In this document: positions 27,677 through 36,789 of the stretch, piece by piece
Position numbering within the stretch: position 1 is the first letter of the stretch
Layout: the number at the start of each line of letters is the position of its first letter
Source of the DNA: a virus
Lineage: Duplodnaviria > Caudoviricetes
Length of the DNA stretch: 64,000 nt
Direction: 5' to 3' (one strand)
Virus record (IMG/VR): IMGVR_UViG_3300021256_000084
Coordinates: 22,162-86,161 of that record
Notes under the pieces: model-generated
The model's database searches: none
What the model saw: the letters and a program-made list of their open reading frames with translations, nothing else
Told to the model about the DNA's origin: nothing
Translations under genes and position numbers: made by a program

Positions 27677-29608
27677 ATGGCAAAACAAGTAATCATTCAA
27701 AAAATGCAACTGCAAAACTTCAAGAACATTCGCAGCTTGAACTTGGAGTTTGGCACGCACACGACAACTGTAAGCGGTACGAACGAGCAGGGCAAAAGCA
27801 CTGTGTACGACGCTTACTTGTGGTGTCTGTTTGGCAACACGACGCGCAAGAACGACTGCGTGCAGCCGACGGACAAGGACAACGAGATTGTTCACAAGAT
27901 TGACACGGAAGTAACCGTCGTGCTGCTTGTGGACGGAATGGAAACTGTTCTGCGCCGACGCTTGACGGAAAAGTGGAAAGCAGAGGGAACGGGCGAGGAA
28001 AAGTTCATCAGTGCCGCAATGGAACGCTTCTACAACGACGTGCCTTGCAGCGTGAAGGAGTTTGAAGCAAAGCTGTCTGCAATCTTCAACCTTAACGGCT
28101 GGCTCATGCTTTCCAACATTAAGACGTTCATGCAGCAGAAAATGGAGGACAGACGGCGCATCCTTGCAAGCATCACGGGCGAGCTTGACACGACGGCACT
28201 GCTTGCGGAGTTCCCGCTTGTCAAGGCAGAAGTTGACAAGGGCAAGACGCTGGAAGAACTGCTGAAACAGACGTTGAGCACGAAGAAGCGTGCGCAAAAG
28301 GAAATCGACACGATACCCAAGCAGATTGCAGCACAGGACAACTTGCGCGTTGAAGCGGACTTTGCGGCATTGCGCACGCAGAAGCAGGAACTTGACACGC
28401 AGATTGCCGACATTGAAAAGCTGTTGCAGGCTGATCCTGCGGAGCTTGAAGCAGACAAGCGCAACAGAGCGGAGCTGCAAACGCTGGAAACGCAGTTACA
28501 GCAGGCACGTAAGAAGTGGCAGGACGAGCACTTTGCCGCATTACAAAAGCTGCGTGTGGCAGTTATGAACGCACAAGACACGCTGGGCACTGCTGAAAAA
28601 CAGCAGCGCAAGTCAGCGGACGCATACAACACGGCACGCAAGAAGCTTAAGGACTTGCAGCAGCAGTTTGACGAGAAGAAGCAGGCATGGTTTGCAAAGA
28701 ACGCAGAGGAATTTACGTACACACCCATCACCGTTTGCGCCTGCTGCGGACAGCCACTTTCAGCGGAAGCACAGCAGCGCATGCAGGACAAGGCCGCTAC
28801 GCAGTTCAACTCTGACAAAGCAAACGCACTGCAACAGCTGTACAGCGATAGCGCACAGCTTAAGGAGCAGATAGTGGTGCTTGACAAGCAGGTGAAGCAG
28901 TACGAGCAGCAGACGCAGGCAGAGGATGCGAAAGCTGTTGCGGAAGCAAACGCTGCCATAAAGACGGCAAAGGAAGCTGTTGCAGCAGAGGAACAGCGCA
29001 CGGTTGACACTGACAACACAGTTGCCGAGATTATAAGCAAGATTGGCGTGCTGCGTGCATCCATGCAGAAGCCCGGAATGTCCGCTTCGGAGCAGGAGCA
29101 GCATGCGAAGCTTAACGAGCTGAAAGCACAGCGCGACGACATAGTACGCCAGCTTGCAGGGGAGCAAACAAACGCTAACATCAACAAGGAAAAGGAACGT
29201 CTGAACGGTGTCGCACAGCAGCAGTCGCAGATAGTAGCGGACTGTAACGCAGTGCTGGAGCAGCTGCGCAAATACAACCGCAAGGTGTTGGACGCTACGG
29301 AAAGCAAGCTGTCACAGTATTTCAAGCTTGCACGCTGGAAGTTCTCGGAGCAGAACAAGACCAACGACGACGAGCAGCAGGTGTGTACAGCTGTGTACAA
29401 CGGCATTGAGTACGACCGCTTGAACAATGCAGGACAAGTCAACGTCGGTATTGACATCTGCGACGGCATTAAGAAAGCGTTTGACGTGGAGCTGCCGCTG
29501 TTCGTGGATAACACGGAAAGCGTGGAGCACGTGCTGGAAACGCAGTCACAAATTATCAAGCTGCGCTTTGTACCGGGCGCACAACTGACAGTAGAAAAAG
29601 ACGTGTAA
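27677..29608 (+). CDS. SMC/SbcC-like AAA ATPase
   Basis: GTNEQGKST Walker A, long coiled coil, LFVDNTES Walker B. Confidence 0.85.
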   Translation: MAKQVIIQKMQLQNFKNIRSLNLEFGTHTTTVSGTNEQGKSTVYDAYLWCLFGNTTRKNDCVQPTDKDNEIVHKIDTEVTVVLLVDGMETVLRRRLTEKWKAEGTGEEKFISAAMERFYNDVPCSVKEFEAKLSAIFNLNGWLMLSNIKTFMQQKMEDRRRILASITGELDTTALLAEFPLVKAEVDKGKTLEELLKQTLSTKKRAQKEIDTIPKQIAAQDNLRVEADFAALRTQKQELDTQIADIEKLLQADPAELEADKRNRAELQTLETQLQQARKKWQDEHFAALQKLRVAVMNAQDTLGTAEKQQRKSADAYNTARKKLKDLQQQFDEKKQAWFAKNAEEFTYTPITVCACCGQPLSAEAQQRMQDKAATQFNSDKANALQQLYSDSAQLKEQIVVLDKQVKQYEQQTQAEDAKAVAEANAAIKTAKEAVAAEEQRTVDTDNTVAEIISKIGVLRASMQKPGMSASEQEQHAKLNELKAQRDDIVRQLAGEQTNANINKEKERLNGVAQQQSQIVADCNAVLEQLRKYNRKVLDATESKLSQYFKLARWKFSEQNKTNDDEQQVCTAVYNGIEYDRLNNAGQVNVGIDICDGIKKAFDVELPLFVDNTESVEHVLETQSQIIKLRFVPGAQLTVEKDV

Positions 29609-29610
29609 TA

Positions 29611-30387
29611 TTGGACGAAATGGAAGTTTGGAAAGCTGTTGTAGGTTGGGAAGGACTGTACGAAGTGTCAAGTATGGGTAACGTGCGCTCGTTAGACCGT
29701 GACATTCCTTTGAATGGTGGAATAGCCCACAAAAAAGGAAAGCTGTTGCACACATACAAGCAAAAGAACGGTTATATGTGTACACATTTGTACGGAAACG
29801 GAAAGCACGCTACTGTCAGCATACATCAGCTTGTAGCCAACGCTTTTATACCAAAACCGAAGGACAAATGTGTAGAAGTAAATCACATCAACTGTATTCG
29901 CCACGACAACCGTGTTGAAAATTTGGAATGGCTGACACATTTTGAAAACCAGCAAGCTACGCCCAAAAAGCACTACGGTAAAGTAGGCCACGAAAACTAC
30001 ATGGCAGTACATTGTGGAAGCGAACATCATTCCGCACGGGCTGTTTTACAAATGGATATGCAAGGAAATGTTATTGCTGAACACAAAACGATAACCGCTG
30101 CAAGCGTTGCAACAGGTATAGAAGAAAGCCAAATTAGCCTTTGCGTCCGTGGTGCTCACAAATACTGCAAAGGTTATAAATGGGCGTACAAAGAAAAGGA
30201 CTGTGTACCTAAAAAGTACAGGAACACGAAGCGCATAGCACAGCTTAATGACGAAAAGAAAGTAATCAAAGTTTGGGAACGCGCTTTAGACATTACACGC
30301 GAATTGGGCATAAACTTGTCAAGTGTCTATCTTTGCGTACAAGGCAAGCGCAAACGCGCTGGAGGTTATTATTGGCAAGAAGTTTAA
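29611..30387 (+). mobile_element. free-standing NUMOD4-HNH homing endonuclease
   Basis: WKAVVGWEGLYEVS NUMOD4, NHINCIRHDNRVENLEW HNH, two NUMOD1-like repeats; more AT-rich than its flanks. Confidence 0.85.
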
Positions 30388-30410
30388 CTTTTCAAAAAAC
30401 AAGTAACGCA

Positions 30411-31214
30411 ATGGAAAACGAAATTACAGTAACGAAGCCTGCACAGTTGCAGTTCTTCGGCTCGTCAGAAGGTTTCGAGCTCGTACAAAGAATGGCAAAA
30501 GTATTTGCTACAAGTTCACTTGTGCCGCCACAGTACCAAAACAACATGTCTAACTGCATCATCGCAATGGAAATGGCTTCGCGCATCGGGGCGAGCCCAC
30601 TGCAAGTTATGCAGAACTTGTATCTCGTCCACAACAACCCCGGCTTCAGTGCAAAGTTCCTTATCGCCTGCATCAACGCAAGCGGCAAGTTCAGCCCGCT
30701 TCGCTACGAGTTCAAGGGCAAGGAAAACACGGACGAGTGGAGCTGCCGCGCCTACGCTGTTGACAAGGAGGGCGAAGTGCTGCACGGAGCATGGGTGTCT
30801 ATCGCAATGGCAAAGAAAGAGGGCTGGTACAGCAAGCCAGGCAGCAAGTGGCAGACAATGCCGGAGCTGATGCTTCAGTACCGCGCTGCTGCTTTCTTCC
30901 AGCGCACGTATGCACCCGAAATCAGCTTGGGTATGCAGTCCGCAGAGGAACTTGCGGACGCAGTGGAACTTGTCGATGCACCTGCACAGTCTGCCGTCAG
31001 CACTGCTTCGCCCGAAAACATAGCTGCTGAAATGGAGAAGCAGGACAACGCGAACACGGAGCAGCTGGGTATGGGCGACAATGCGGAAGCAGCACAGCCA
31101 GCAGCACCCGAAGCTCCTGCGCCTGCTGCTGCACCCGCCAGCAACGGCACTGCTGCACCTGTGGGCACTGTCAAGCCGATGGGCGCACAGCCAACACCCG
31201 ACATGTTCAAGTAA
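30411..31214 (+). CDS. RecT-like single-strand annealing protein
   Basis: VPPQYQ..NCIIA, VMQNLY, W.TMPELML.YRAAAF motifs; low-complexity tail. Confidence 0.75.
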   Translation: MENEITVTKPAQLQFFGSSEGFELVQRMAKVFATSSLVPPQYQNNMSNCIIAMEMASRIGASPLQVMQNLYLVHNNPGFSAKFLIACINASGKFSPLRYEFKGKENTDEWSCRAYAVDKEGEVLHGAWVSIAMAKKEGWYSKPGSKWQTMPELMLQYRAAAFFQRTYAPEISLGMQSAEELADAVELVDAPAQSAVSTASPENIAAEMEKQDNANTEQLGMGDNAEAAQPAAPEAPAPAAAPASNGTAAPVGTVKPMGAQPTPDMFK

Positions 31215-31220
31215 TCTTCC

Positions 31221-31955
31221 TTGCAGCGTATGAAACTGACAGTATTAGGCAGCGGCTCGGACGCTAACGGCTACATACTACAGAATGAGAGTGAAGCAAT
31301 CGTACTGGAGTGCGGTTGCTCACTCGCACGCTGCGAAGAAGCGTTGGGCTACAACATCAGCAAGGTTGCTGGCTGCTTGATAACGCACGAGCACGGCGAT
31401 CATGCACGTTTTGCGGCTAAGTATGTGCAACGCATGCCGCTTTATGCGACAAAGGGCACGCTTGACGCGCTGCGCTTGCAGCAGGGAAGCAACGCTACGG
31501 CACTGGAGCTTAAGCGCACAGTGCAGATAGGCAGCTTCAAGGTTATGCCCTTTGCGACACAGCACGACGCGGCACAACCTTGCGGCTACCTTATCAAGCA
31601 TCCCGACTTTGGGCTGCTGCTGTTTGCTACGGACACGTTCTACCTGCGCTACACGTTTGCAGGGCTGAACTACGTCATGCTGGAGTGCAACTATGACAAG
31701 CGCATACTTGACGAGAACACGCGCAACGGCGTTGTTCCTATGGTTGTACGCGAGCGTGTGCTGCGTAGCCACATGAGCGTCGTTGACTGCATAAAGACGC
31801 TCAAAGCAAACGACCTGTCACAAGTACGCGCAATCGTACTGCTGCACCTTTCAAGCAGCAACAGCAACGCGGACAACTTCTTGGAGCGCGTCAAGCGCAA
31901 TACGGGCAAGCATACTGTTGTGGCACAAAAAGGCGTAGAACTGGAATTGTTATAG
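31221..31955 (+). CDS. MBL-fold metallo-hydrolase (phage exonuclease partner)
   Basis: GSGSDAN, ITHEHGDH, FATDT, LECNYD and LLHLS motifs. Confidence 0.85.
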   Translation: MQRMKLTVLGSGSDANGYILQNESEAIVLECGCSLARCEEALGYNISKVAGCLITHEHGDHARFAAKYVQRMPLYATKGTLDALRLQQGSNATALELKRTVQIGSFKVMPFATQHDAAQPCGYLIKHPDFGLLLFATDTFYLRYTFAGLNYVMLECNYDKRILDENTRNGVVPMVVRERVLRSHMSVVDCIKTLKANDLSQVRAIVLLHLSSSNSNADNFLERVKRNTGKHTVVAQKGVELELL

Positions 31956-31965
31956 ACAAAAAAGT

Positions 31966-32562
31966 ATGGACTACACATTGAATGTTGATATAGACAGAGA
32001 AAACAGCTATGTAAAGCAGGCATACGAAACGGCCTGCAAGCATGGCTTTCACAACGAGCACCGCAGTGACGCGCACTGGCTGATGCTTGTTATTACAGAA
32101 GTGTCGGAAGCAGTGGAAGCCGACCGCAAGCTGCGCTTCGCACAGCTGGAAATGTTCAAGCGTGAGAGCTGTACGCCACAAGCGGAAGCTCACAAGGAAA
32201 AGCATTGGCAGTTCTGCTTCGAGCAGTTTATCAAGGACACTGTTGCTGACGAGTTCGCCGACATCTGCATACGCCTTTACGACTTCTTGGGCGTGCTTGG
32301 CGGCAAGCTACAGCAGAAGCCTTCCACCGACAGCTTTGTGCTTTGGCTTGACGTGTACGGGAACTTCACTTTTGCTGAATGCGCGTATGAGCTTTGCACC
32401 ATGCTTGCAAAAAAAAGAAACAACGTCGAGAGTGCAATCGCTGCCGCATTGAGCTTTACGCGCTGCTGGGCAAAGCATCTGGGCGTGGATTTGCAGCAGC
32501 ACATTGAGCTGAAAATGCAGTATAACGCTATGCGTGCTCCTTTGCACGGAAAACAATACTAA
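31966..32562 (+). CDS. MazG-like NTP pyrophosphatase
   Basis: LVITEVSEAVEA...DEFADICIR...KMQYN motifs. Confidence 0.75.
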   Translation: MDYTLNVDIDRENSYVKQAYETACKHGFHNEHRSDAHWLMLVITEVSEAVEADRKLRFAQLEMFKRESCTPQAEAHKEKHWQFCFEQFIKDTVADEFADICIRLYDFLGVLGGKLQQKPSTDSFVLWLDVYGNFTFAECAYELCTMLAKKRNNVESAIAAALSFTRCWAKHLGVDLQQHIELKMQYNAMRAPLHGKQY

Positions 32563-32583
32563 ACGTAAAAAGAACAGAGAATT

Positions 32584-32988
32584 ATGATGCAGTATAACGA
32601 CTTTGTGCAGCTCGTAAGCAGAATGCGCGACGCACAGAAAGCATATTTTAGAGGACGCACGTCAATGGACTTGTCACGCAGTAAGCAGCTTGAAAAGCAA
32701 GTTGACGCAGAGCTTTCACAGTACACAACAGCAAACGGCAAGCTCGTTGCACAGCCAAGCTTGTTTGACGAGCAGCCAGCACAGCAGCAAGAAAAGCCCT
32801 ACAAGCCCGTGCTTGTCATGCGCTGCAAGCACTGCAAGGCAACGTTTCTGATGCACGCGCTCGCCTACCCAATGGACGGAGAGACTGCACAGGCGGTTGC
32901 GCGTGCCGTGCAAAGCGGCGACGAAGCGTTTGTTGCCAACGCGGACGAAGTACATTTGCAGCAGTGTACTTGCAAACCGCATCCATAA
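32584..32988 (+). CDS. hypothetical protein
   Basis: 134-aa ORF with MRDAQKAYF motif and CxxC. Confidence 0.6.
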   Translation: MMQYNDFVQLVSRMRDAQKAYFRGRTSMDLSRSKQLEKQVDAELSQYTTANGKLVAQPSLFDEQPAQQQEKPYKPVLVMRCKHCKATFLMHALAYPMDGETAQAVARAVQSGDEAFVANADEVHLQQCTCKPHP

Positions 32989-33102
32989 AGCTGCTGTACA
33001 GGCGCAGACGCGACGCACAAGAGCGTTTTGCGCTGCGCCTGCACACTTTATCGGGCGTGCTTTCAAAAAGCTCTTAAAACGAACATTTAATTACCAAAAG
33101 CA

Positions 33103-34257
33103 ATGAATAAAGACGTTGACGGACAAATAGTAGCGTGGAATGACGGCAGGACAATAGCCGTGCTGGAAACGGAAAACTGGTTTTACGTAGCACTGAACTA
33201 CCGGGACAGAGAGGACGAGCAAGACAGACTTTGGGTGCTTGACCCTGCACCCGCAGGCGAGTACCGCCCTGCAACTTACGACGAGCGCGTGCGCTTCCTT
33301 AAGGAGCTGCCGCGTGAGTGCAAGTTTAGGATAGACAATCGCGGGCGTGTCGTTGACATCGTTTTCTTGGATATGCTGGAGCAGGACAAGGAAGAAGTGC
33401 TTCCACCGCTGCAAAGCAAGCAACCAGAGCAGGAGCAAAGGCAGCAGCCCGTAAACACTTATGAGCGGCTGGGGCTTGCGTTCCTGCCGTACTTGGATGG
33501 CAGCAAGCCTTACGACAAGGACTTTCCAAAGTTCTTTGACGAGGACTTCGCGGACTGTAACTACTTGCAGCTCGTAGGGGCTACGATAGGATATTTCAAC
33601 AAGGCTATTCGCCGCAACGCGCACGCTTTCATTCTAAGCCAGGAATACGAGCGTAACCTTGTCAATCTTGGCGCACAGCTTGCAAACATTGACTTTTCCG
33701 AGCTGATGCGCGACAATATGCAGCACTTGTACAGCGGACTGCTTTGCTTAAGCAACGGCAGCGGCTACAACGCGCTGCTATGGAAAACGGAAAAGGACGC
33801 TAAGACTATGAGCGCGGTTTTCCTTTTCGACTGCTGCAAAATAGGAGCAGTTGCAACGTACAATAATAAGGGCAAGCAGGAAACGGTACTTGTCAGCAAG
33901 CGTATCGGCAACGCTGAAAGCATAGCATACAGTATGTTCCGTATGCTGTACTTGTTCCTTTACGCAGAGAAGCACGGCAAGGTGCGCGAAGTGGAGTACG
34001 GAGAGGATGCACACACAAAGTGGCTGTCCGTGCGCAACCTTGCGCCCAACCCTCTTGTGGAGTACCGCAACAGCACGTACTACACGACTATCAGCGTTGA
34101 CACGCCCTTTGTTATCAGCGGGCATTGGCGCAACCAGTTCTGCGGGCGCGACAAGGACGGCAACGCCATTCACAAGCGCATCTGGATTGAGGAACACGAG
34201 CACAGCGGCTACCACCGCGTTGCAGGTATTCTAAAAGCGAAAGGAGAGCAGCTATGA
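33103..34257 (+). CDS. hypothetical protein
   Basis: 384 aa; C-terminal SGHWRNQ..G...KRIWI motif common in phages. Confidence 0.7.
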   Translation: MNKDVDGQIVAWNDGRTIAVLETENWFYVALNYRDREDEQDRLWVLDPAPAGEYRPATYDERVRFLKELPRECKFRIDNRGRVVDIVFLDMLEQDKEEVLPPLQSKQPEQEQRQQPVNTYERLGLAFLPYLDGSKPYDKDFPKFFDEDFADCNYLQLVGATIGYFNKAIRRNAHAFILSQEYERNLVNLGAQLANIDFSELMRDNMQHLYSGLLCLSNGSGYNALLWKTEKDAKTMSAVFLFDCCKIGAVATYNNKGKQETVLVSKRIGNAESIAYSMFRMLYLFLYAEKHGKVREVEYGEDAHTKWLSVRNLAPNPLVEYRNSTYYTTISVDTPFVISGHWRNQFCGRDKDGNAIHKRIWIEEHEHSGYHRVAGILKAKGEQL

Positions 34258-34407
34258 AGCGTGTGCTGATAACTGTGCTGCAAGTGCTGCTGTTCGTTGC
34301 CTTGTGCTACGCTGCTGCACGCTGCTCGTCCTACATGGCAAGCAAATACTGCAAGCCTAAACTATATGCGATATAACTTTTTGTCTAACATATTAAAACT
34401 AAAAGCA

Positions 34408-35046
34408 ATGGAAACAGGAATTTTGGAGTTTAACAACACTGTCGAGAGTGAAGTAACACGCGGCAAGGTGAAAGTGAATGGTGTTACGCTGAAAACCTAC
34501 AAAAAGCAGATTGACAGCGCAAACAGCATTGAAGTGGAAGTCGGCACTACGGGCTACATGGGTGGCGACAGCGGACACGGCGGGCGTACTTACCTGCGCA
34601 TCAAAGACGTAACAAGTACGGACTTGACGTGTCGCCTGCCGTCGGGTGCAGAACATCACGGCGGCGTTGAGCTGCTGCTTGGTGGCGACAGCGAGCTTGA
34701 CACGCTGATTGAAGCACTGCGCTTTGGCGTGGACGTGCTTTCGGGAGAGTACGAGCGTAGGCAGCAGATGCAGCTTACGGGCAAGCAGAAGCGCGAGCAG
34801 CGTTTCTTCGAGTATCTCAATGACGTTGTGCGCCTGTACCACAACACGGGCAAGCTTAAGGACATCAGCAAGCTTCAGAAGAAGCACAACGTTTCCTCTA
34901 TTTCGCAACAGCTGTTTTTTGAAATCGGGCTGCACAAGACCCCAAACAGCGAGGACTTCACGCTGCCAAAGGAGTTTTGCGACACTGTGTATAACTACAT
35001 ACTCAACCCGACGAAGTGTGACAAGAAACCGCAGTACGAAGCATGA
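34408..35046 (+). CDS. hypothetical protein
   Basis: ATG at 34408 after an A-rich leader; GGDSGHGGRT motif. Confidence 0.65.
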   Translation: METGILEFNNTVESEVTRGKVKVNGVTLKTYKKQIDSANSIEVEVGTTGYMGGDSGHGGRTYLRIKDVTSTDLTCRLPSGAEHHGGVELLLGGDSELDTLIEALRFGVDVLSGEYERRQQMQLTGKQKREQRFFEYLNDVVRLYHNTGKLKDISKLQKKHNVSSISQQLFFEIGLHKTPNSEDFTLPKEFCDTVYNYILNPTKCDKKPQYEA

Positions 35047-35065
35047 CTGTTTCGATTTTGAGCAA

Positions 35066-35437
35066 ATGCAGTTTGGCGATGCTGTCCGCGTAAAGCGCAA
35101 CGGCACTGCCAAGCTGCTGCGTGTCTGCGGCAAGCGTAACGGCTTCCTTATTGCCAGCGACGGCAGTGAATATGAGCTGGACGAGTGTGAGCCTATCCTG
35201 CTGACCGATACGGACGCGCTGCTTAAGCTGGGCTTTCGCAAGCAATATGGGTTGTTTGATCCTAACGGCTGCTATTGCTTCGGCTGGCTTGACATCTATT
35301 CAGACCACATCTGTATATGGATGGAGCAGTGTGGAGTGCAACAGCGGGGCGTTCACGGCTACAAGTACCTGCATCAGGCACAGCAAAAATTTCGGGAGTT
35401 ACACAACGTAGAATTAAAATTCAAGTACGACAAATAA
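35066..35437 (+). CDS. hypothetical protein
   Basis: In-frame ATG just after the previous stop; YLHQAQ motif. Confidence 0.55.
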   Translation: MQFGDAVRVKRNGTAKLLRVCGKRNGFLIASDGSEYELDECEPILLTDTDALLKLGFRKQYGLFDPNGCYCFGWLDIYSDHICIWMEQCGVQQRGVHGYKYLHQAQQKFRELHNVELKFKYDK

Positions 35438-35764
35438 ATGTTAGAAGGTTATAGGAAAGGGTATGCAGTAATGACACCCGATTTTGAAGGCATCGGTTTT
35501 GAGGACGAAAGCCTTGAAAAATGCAAGGAATACTGCTATAACGGTCACGTTATTGTAGAAGCAATCCCAAAGAAATACGGCGTAAACATTGAAATCAAGT
35601 GGTACAAGCCTTATAGGTGGGTAGAGTTCTGCATGAGAAGACGCGAGTTCAATGTGCTGTGGCTGCACGTAAGATGGTGGCATGTATATCGGCACAAGTA
35701 CGGGCGTGAAGTTCTTTACACAGGTGGTAAGTACGGAAGCAGGAAAGGAGGGTTTATTGATTGA
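35438..35764 (+). CDS. hypothetical protein
   Basis: 108-aa ORF. Confidence 0.55.
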   Translation: MLEGYRKGYAVMTPDFEGIGFEDESLEKCKEYCYNGHVIVEAIPKKYGVNIEIKWYKPYRWVEFCMRRREFNVLWLHVRWWHVYRHKYGREVLYTGGKYGSRKGGFID

Positions 35765-35895
35765 ATGAATAAACAGATTCGCAAGGATTTAAGTATGCTA
35801 TACAGTGTGTATAAAAACGTCTGCAAGCAGCGTAATGAGCAGCCGATTTGCTTTAGCAAATGGGTAAAAAAGAACTTTATTTTTGCACAGTATTT

Positions 35896-36252
35896 ATGAG
35901 TAAGCACAAAAAACAAGTACGACAAGAAGCCGTCAAAGTGCTGCAAAGGCACTTGAACTATTTCTATAAGCTGGGCTATAAGCAGTTTATGGCAAGTGTT
36001 TCCACGTTCAACTTTATTGCAATATGGCTTACAGCAAAGGACAGTGAAGGCAGGGACATCTACCTGACATTACGCATTGACTTGGACGCACAAGACTTGG
36101 AGTTTGAAACGGTGCTGAAGCTTGACAAGCGCGTATGCGTCAACCGCACGCTAAAGGGTTTTGATTTGAAGGACAGCAGCGGTCAGCAGATGCAACTGCT
36201 GTACACGCGCACGCTTAAGGAAAAACGAATATTGATAGGCTATGCACGGTGA
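35896..36252 (+). CDS. hypothetical protein
   Basis: ATG at 35896 just downstream of TATTTTTG (35878-35885). Confidence 0.55.
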   Translation: MSKHKKQVRQEAVKVLQRHLNYFYKLGYKQFMASVSTFNFIAIWLTAKDSEGRDIYLTLRIDLDAQDLEFETVLKLDKRVCVNRTLKGFDLKDSSGQQMQLLYTRTLKEKRILIGYAR

Positions 36253-36394
36253 TATGTCACGGATGGACTTGCCGCTGCTTCTGTCTATCGCATTCGTGTA
36301 TGCGCTTGGGTGGGCTGATACGGACAAGGCTACATTTGCACTCTTATGGGTAACAACCTGCAAAGTATGCGCTGCTGCCAACAAGTTTTTAGAG

Positions 36395-36424
36395 CAAAAA
36401 TAAGCGAAACTAAGCGGAAATAAA
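36395..36424 (-). promoter_or_regulatory. leftward promoter with tandem GCTTA repeats
   Basis: TTTATTTCCGCTTAGTTTCGCTTATTTTTG on the - strand; no clear downstream gene. Confidence 0.5.
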
Positions 36425-36454
36425 TGTAAATATCAAGCAGAATTGGCTAAAATT

Positions 36455-36520
36455 GCTTAATTCTGCTTATTTTCATATAGTATTTATTAGGTTTTTACAA
36501 CTTTTCTTGGTAACTTTGCC
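36455..36520 (+). promoter_or_regulatory. promoter homologous to 1134-1189
   Basis: TTATTAGGTTTTTACAA (17 bp identical to 1153-1169), then TAACTTTGCC at 36511. Confidence 0.75.
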
Positions 36521-36564
36521 AATGCAAACGACAAACAACAGTTTAACTTTTAATAGAAACGACA

Positions 36565-36774
36565 ATGACAACGTACACAGCAACATTCAACAGGCAAGTG
36601 TTTCCTTGGAGCACACCCTACAAAACAACGCGCGAGATTAAGGCTGCTGACAAGTGGCAGGCAATGGAAATCGCAGAGCAGATTGCAGTCGAAAACACGC
36701 ACGAGTTTGACGTGCAGGGCGGCGGCAAAAGCTTTGTTGGAAAGATGCAAGTATTAACAGTAGAAGCAAACTAA
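36565..36774 (+). CDS. hypothetical protein
   Basis: 69 aa, ACGACAATG start. Confidence 0.65.
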   Translation: MTTYTATFNRQVFPWSTPYKTTREIKAADKWQAMEIAEQIAVENTHEFDVQGGGKSFVGKMQVLTVEAN

Positions 36775-36789
36775 TAGGAGGCACGAGCA

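Noticed and set aside
28030-29559. 509-aa minus-strand ORF (also 27374-28480, 17202-18254, 12267-13112 and similar)
   Set aside because: Antisense shadows of well-supported genes, with unnatural Ser/Cys/Leu-rich composition
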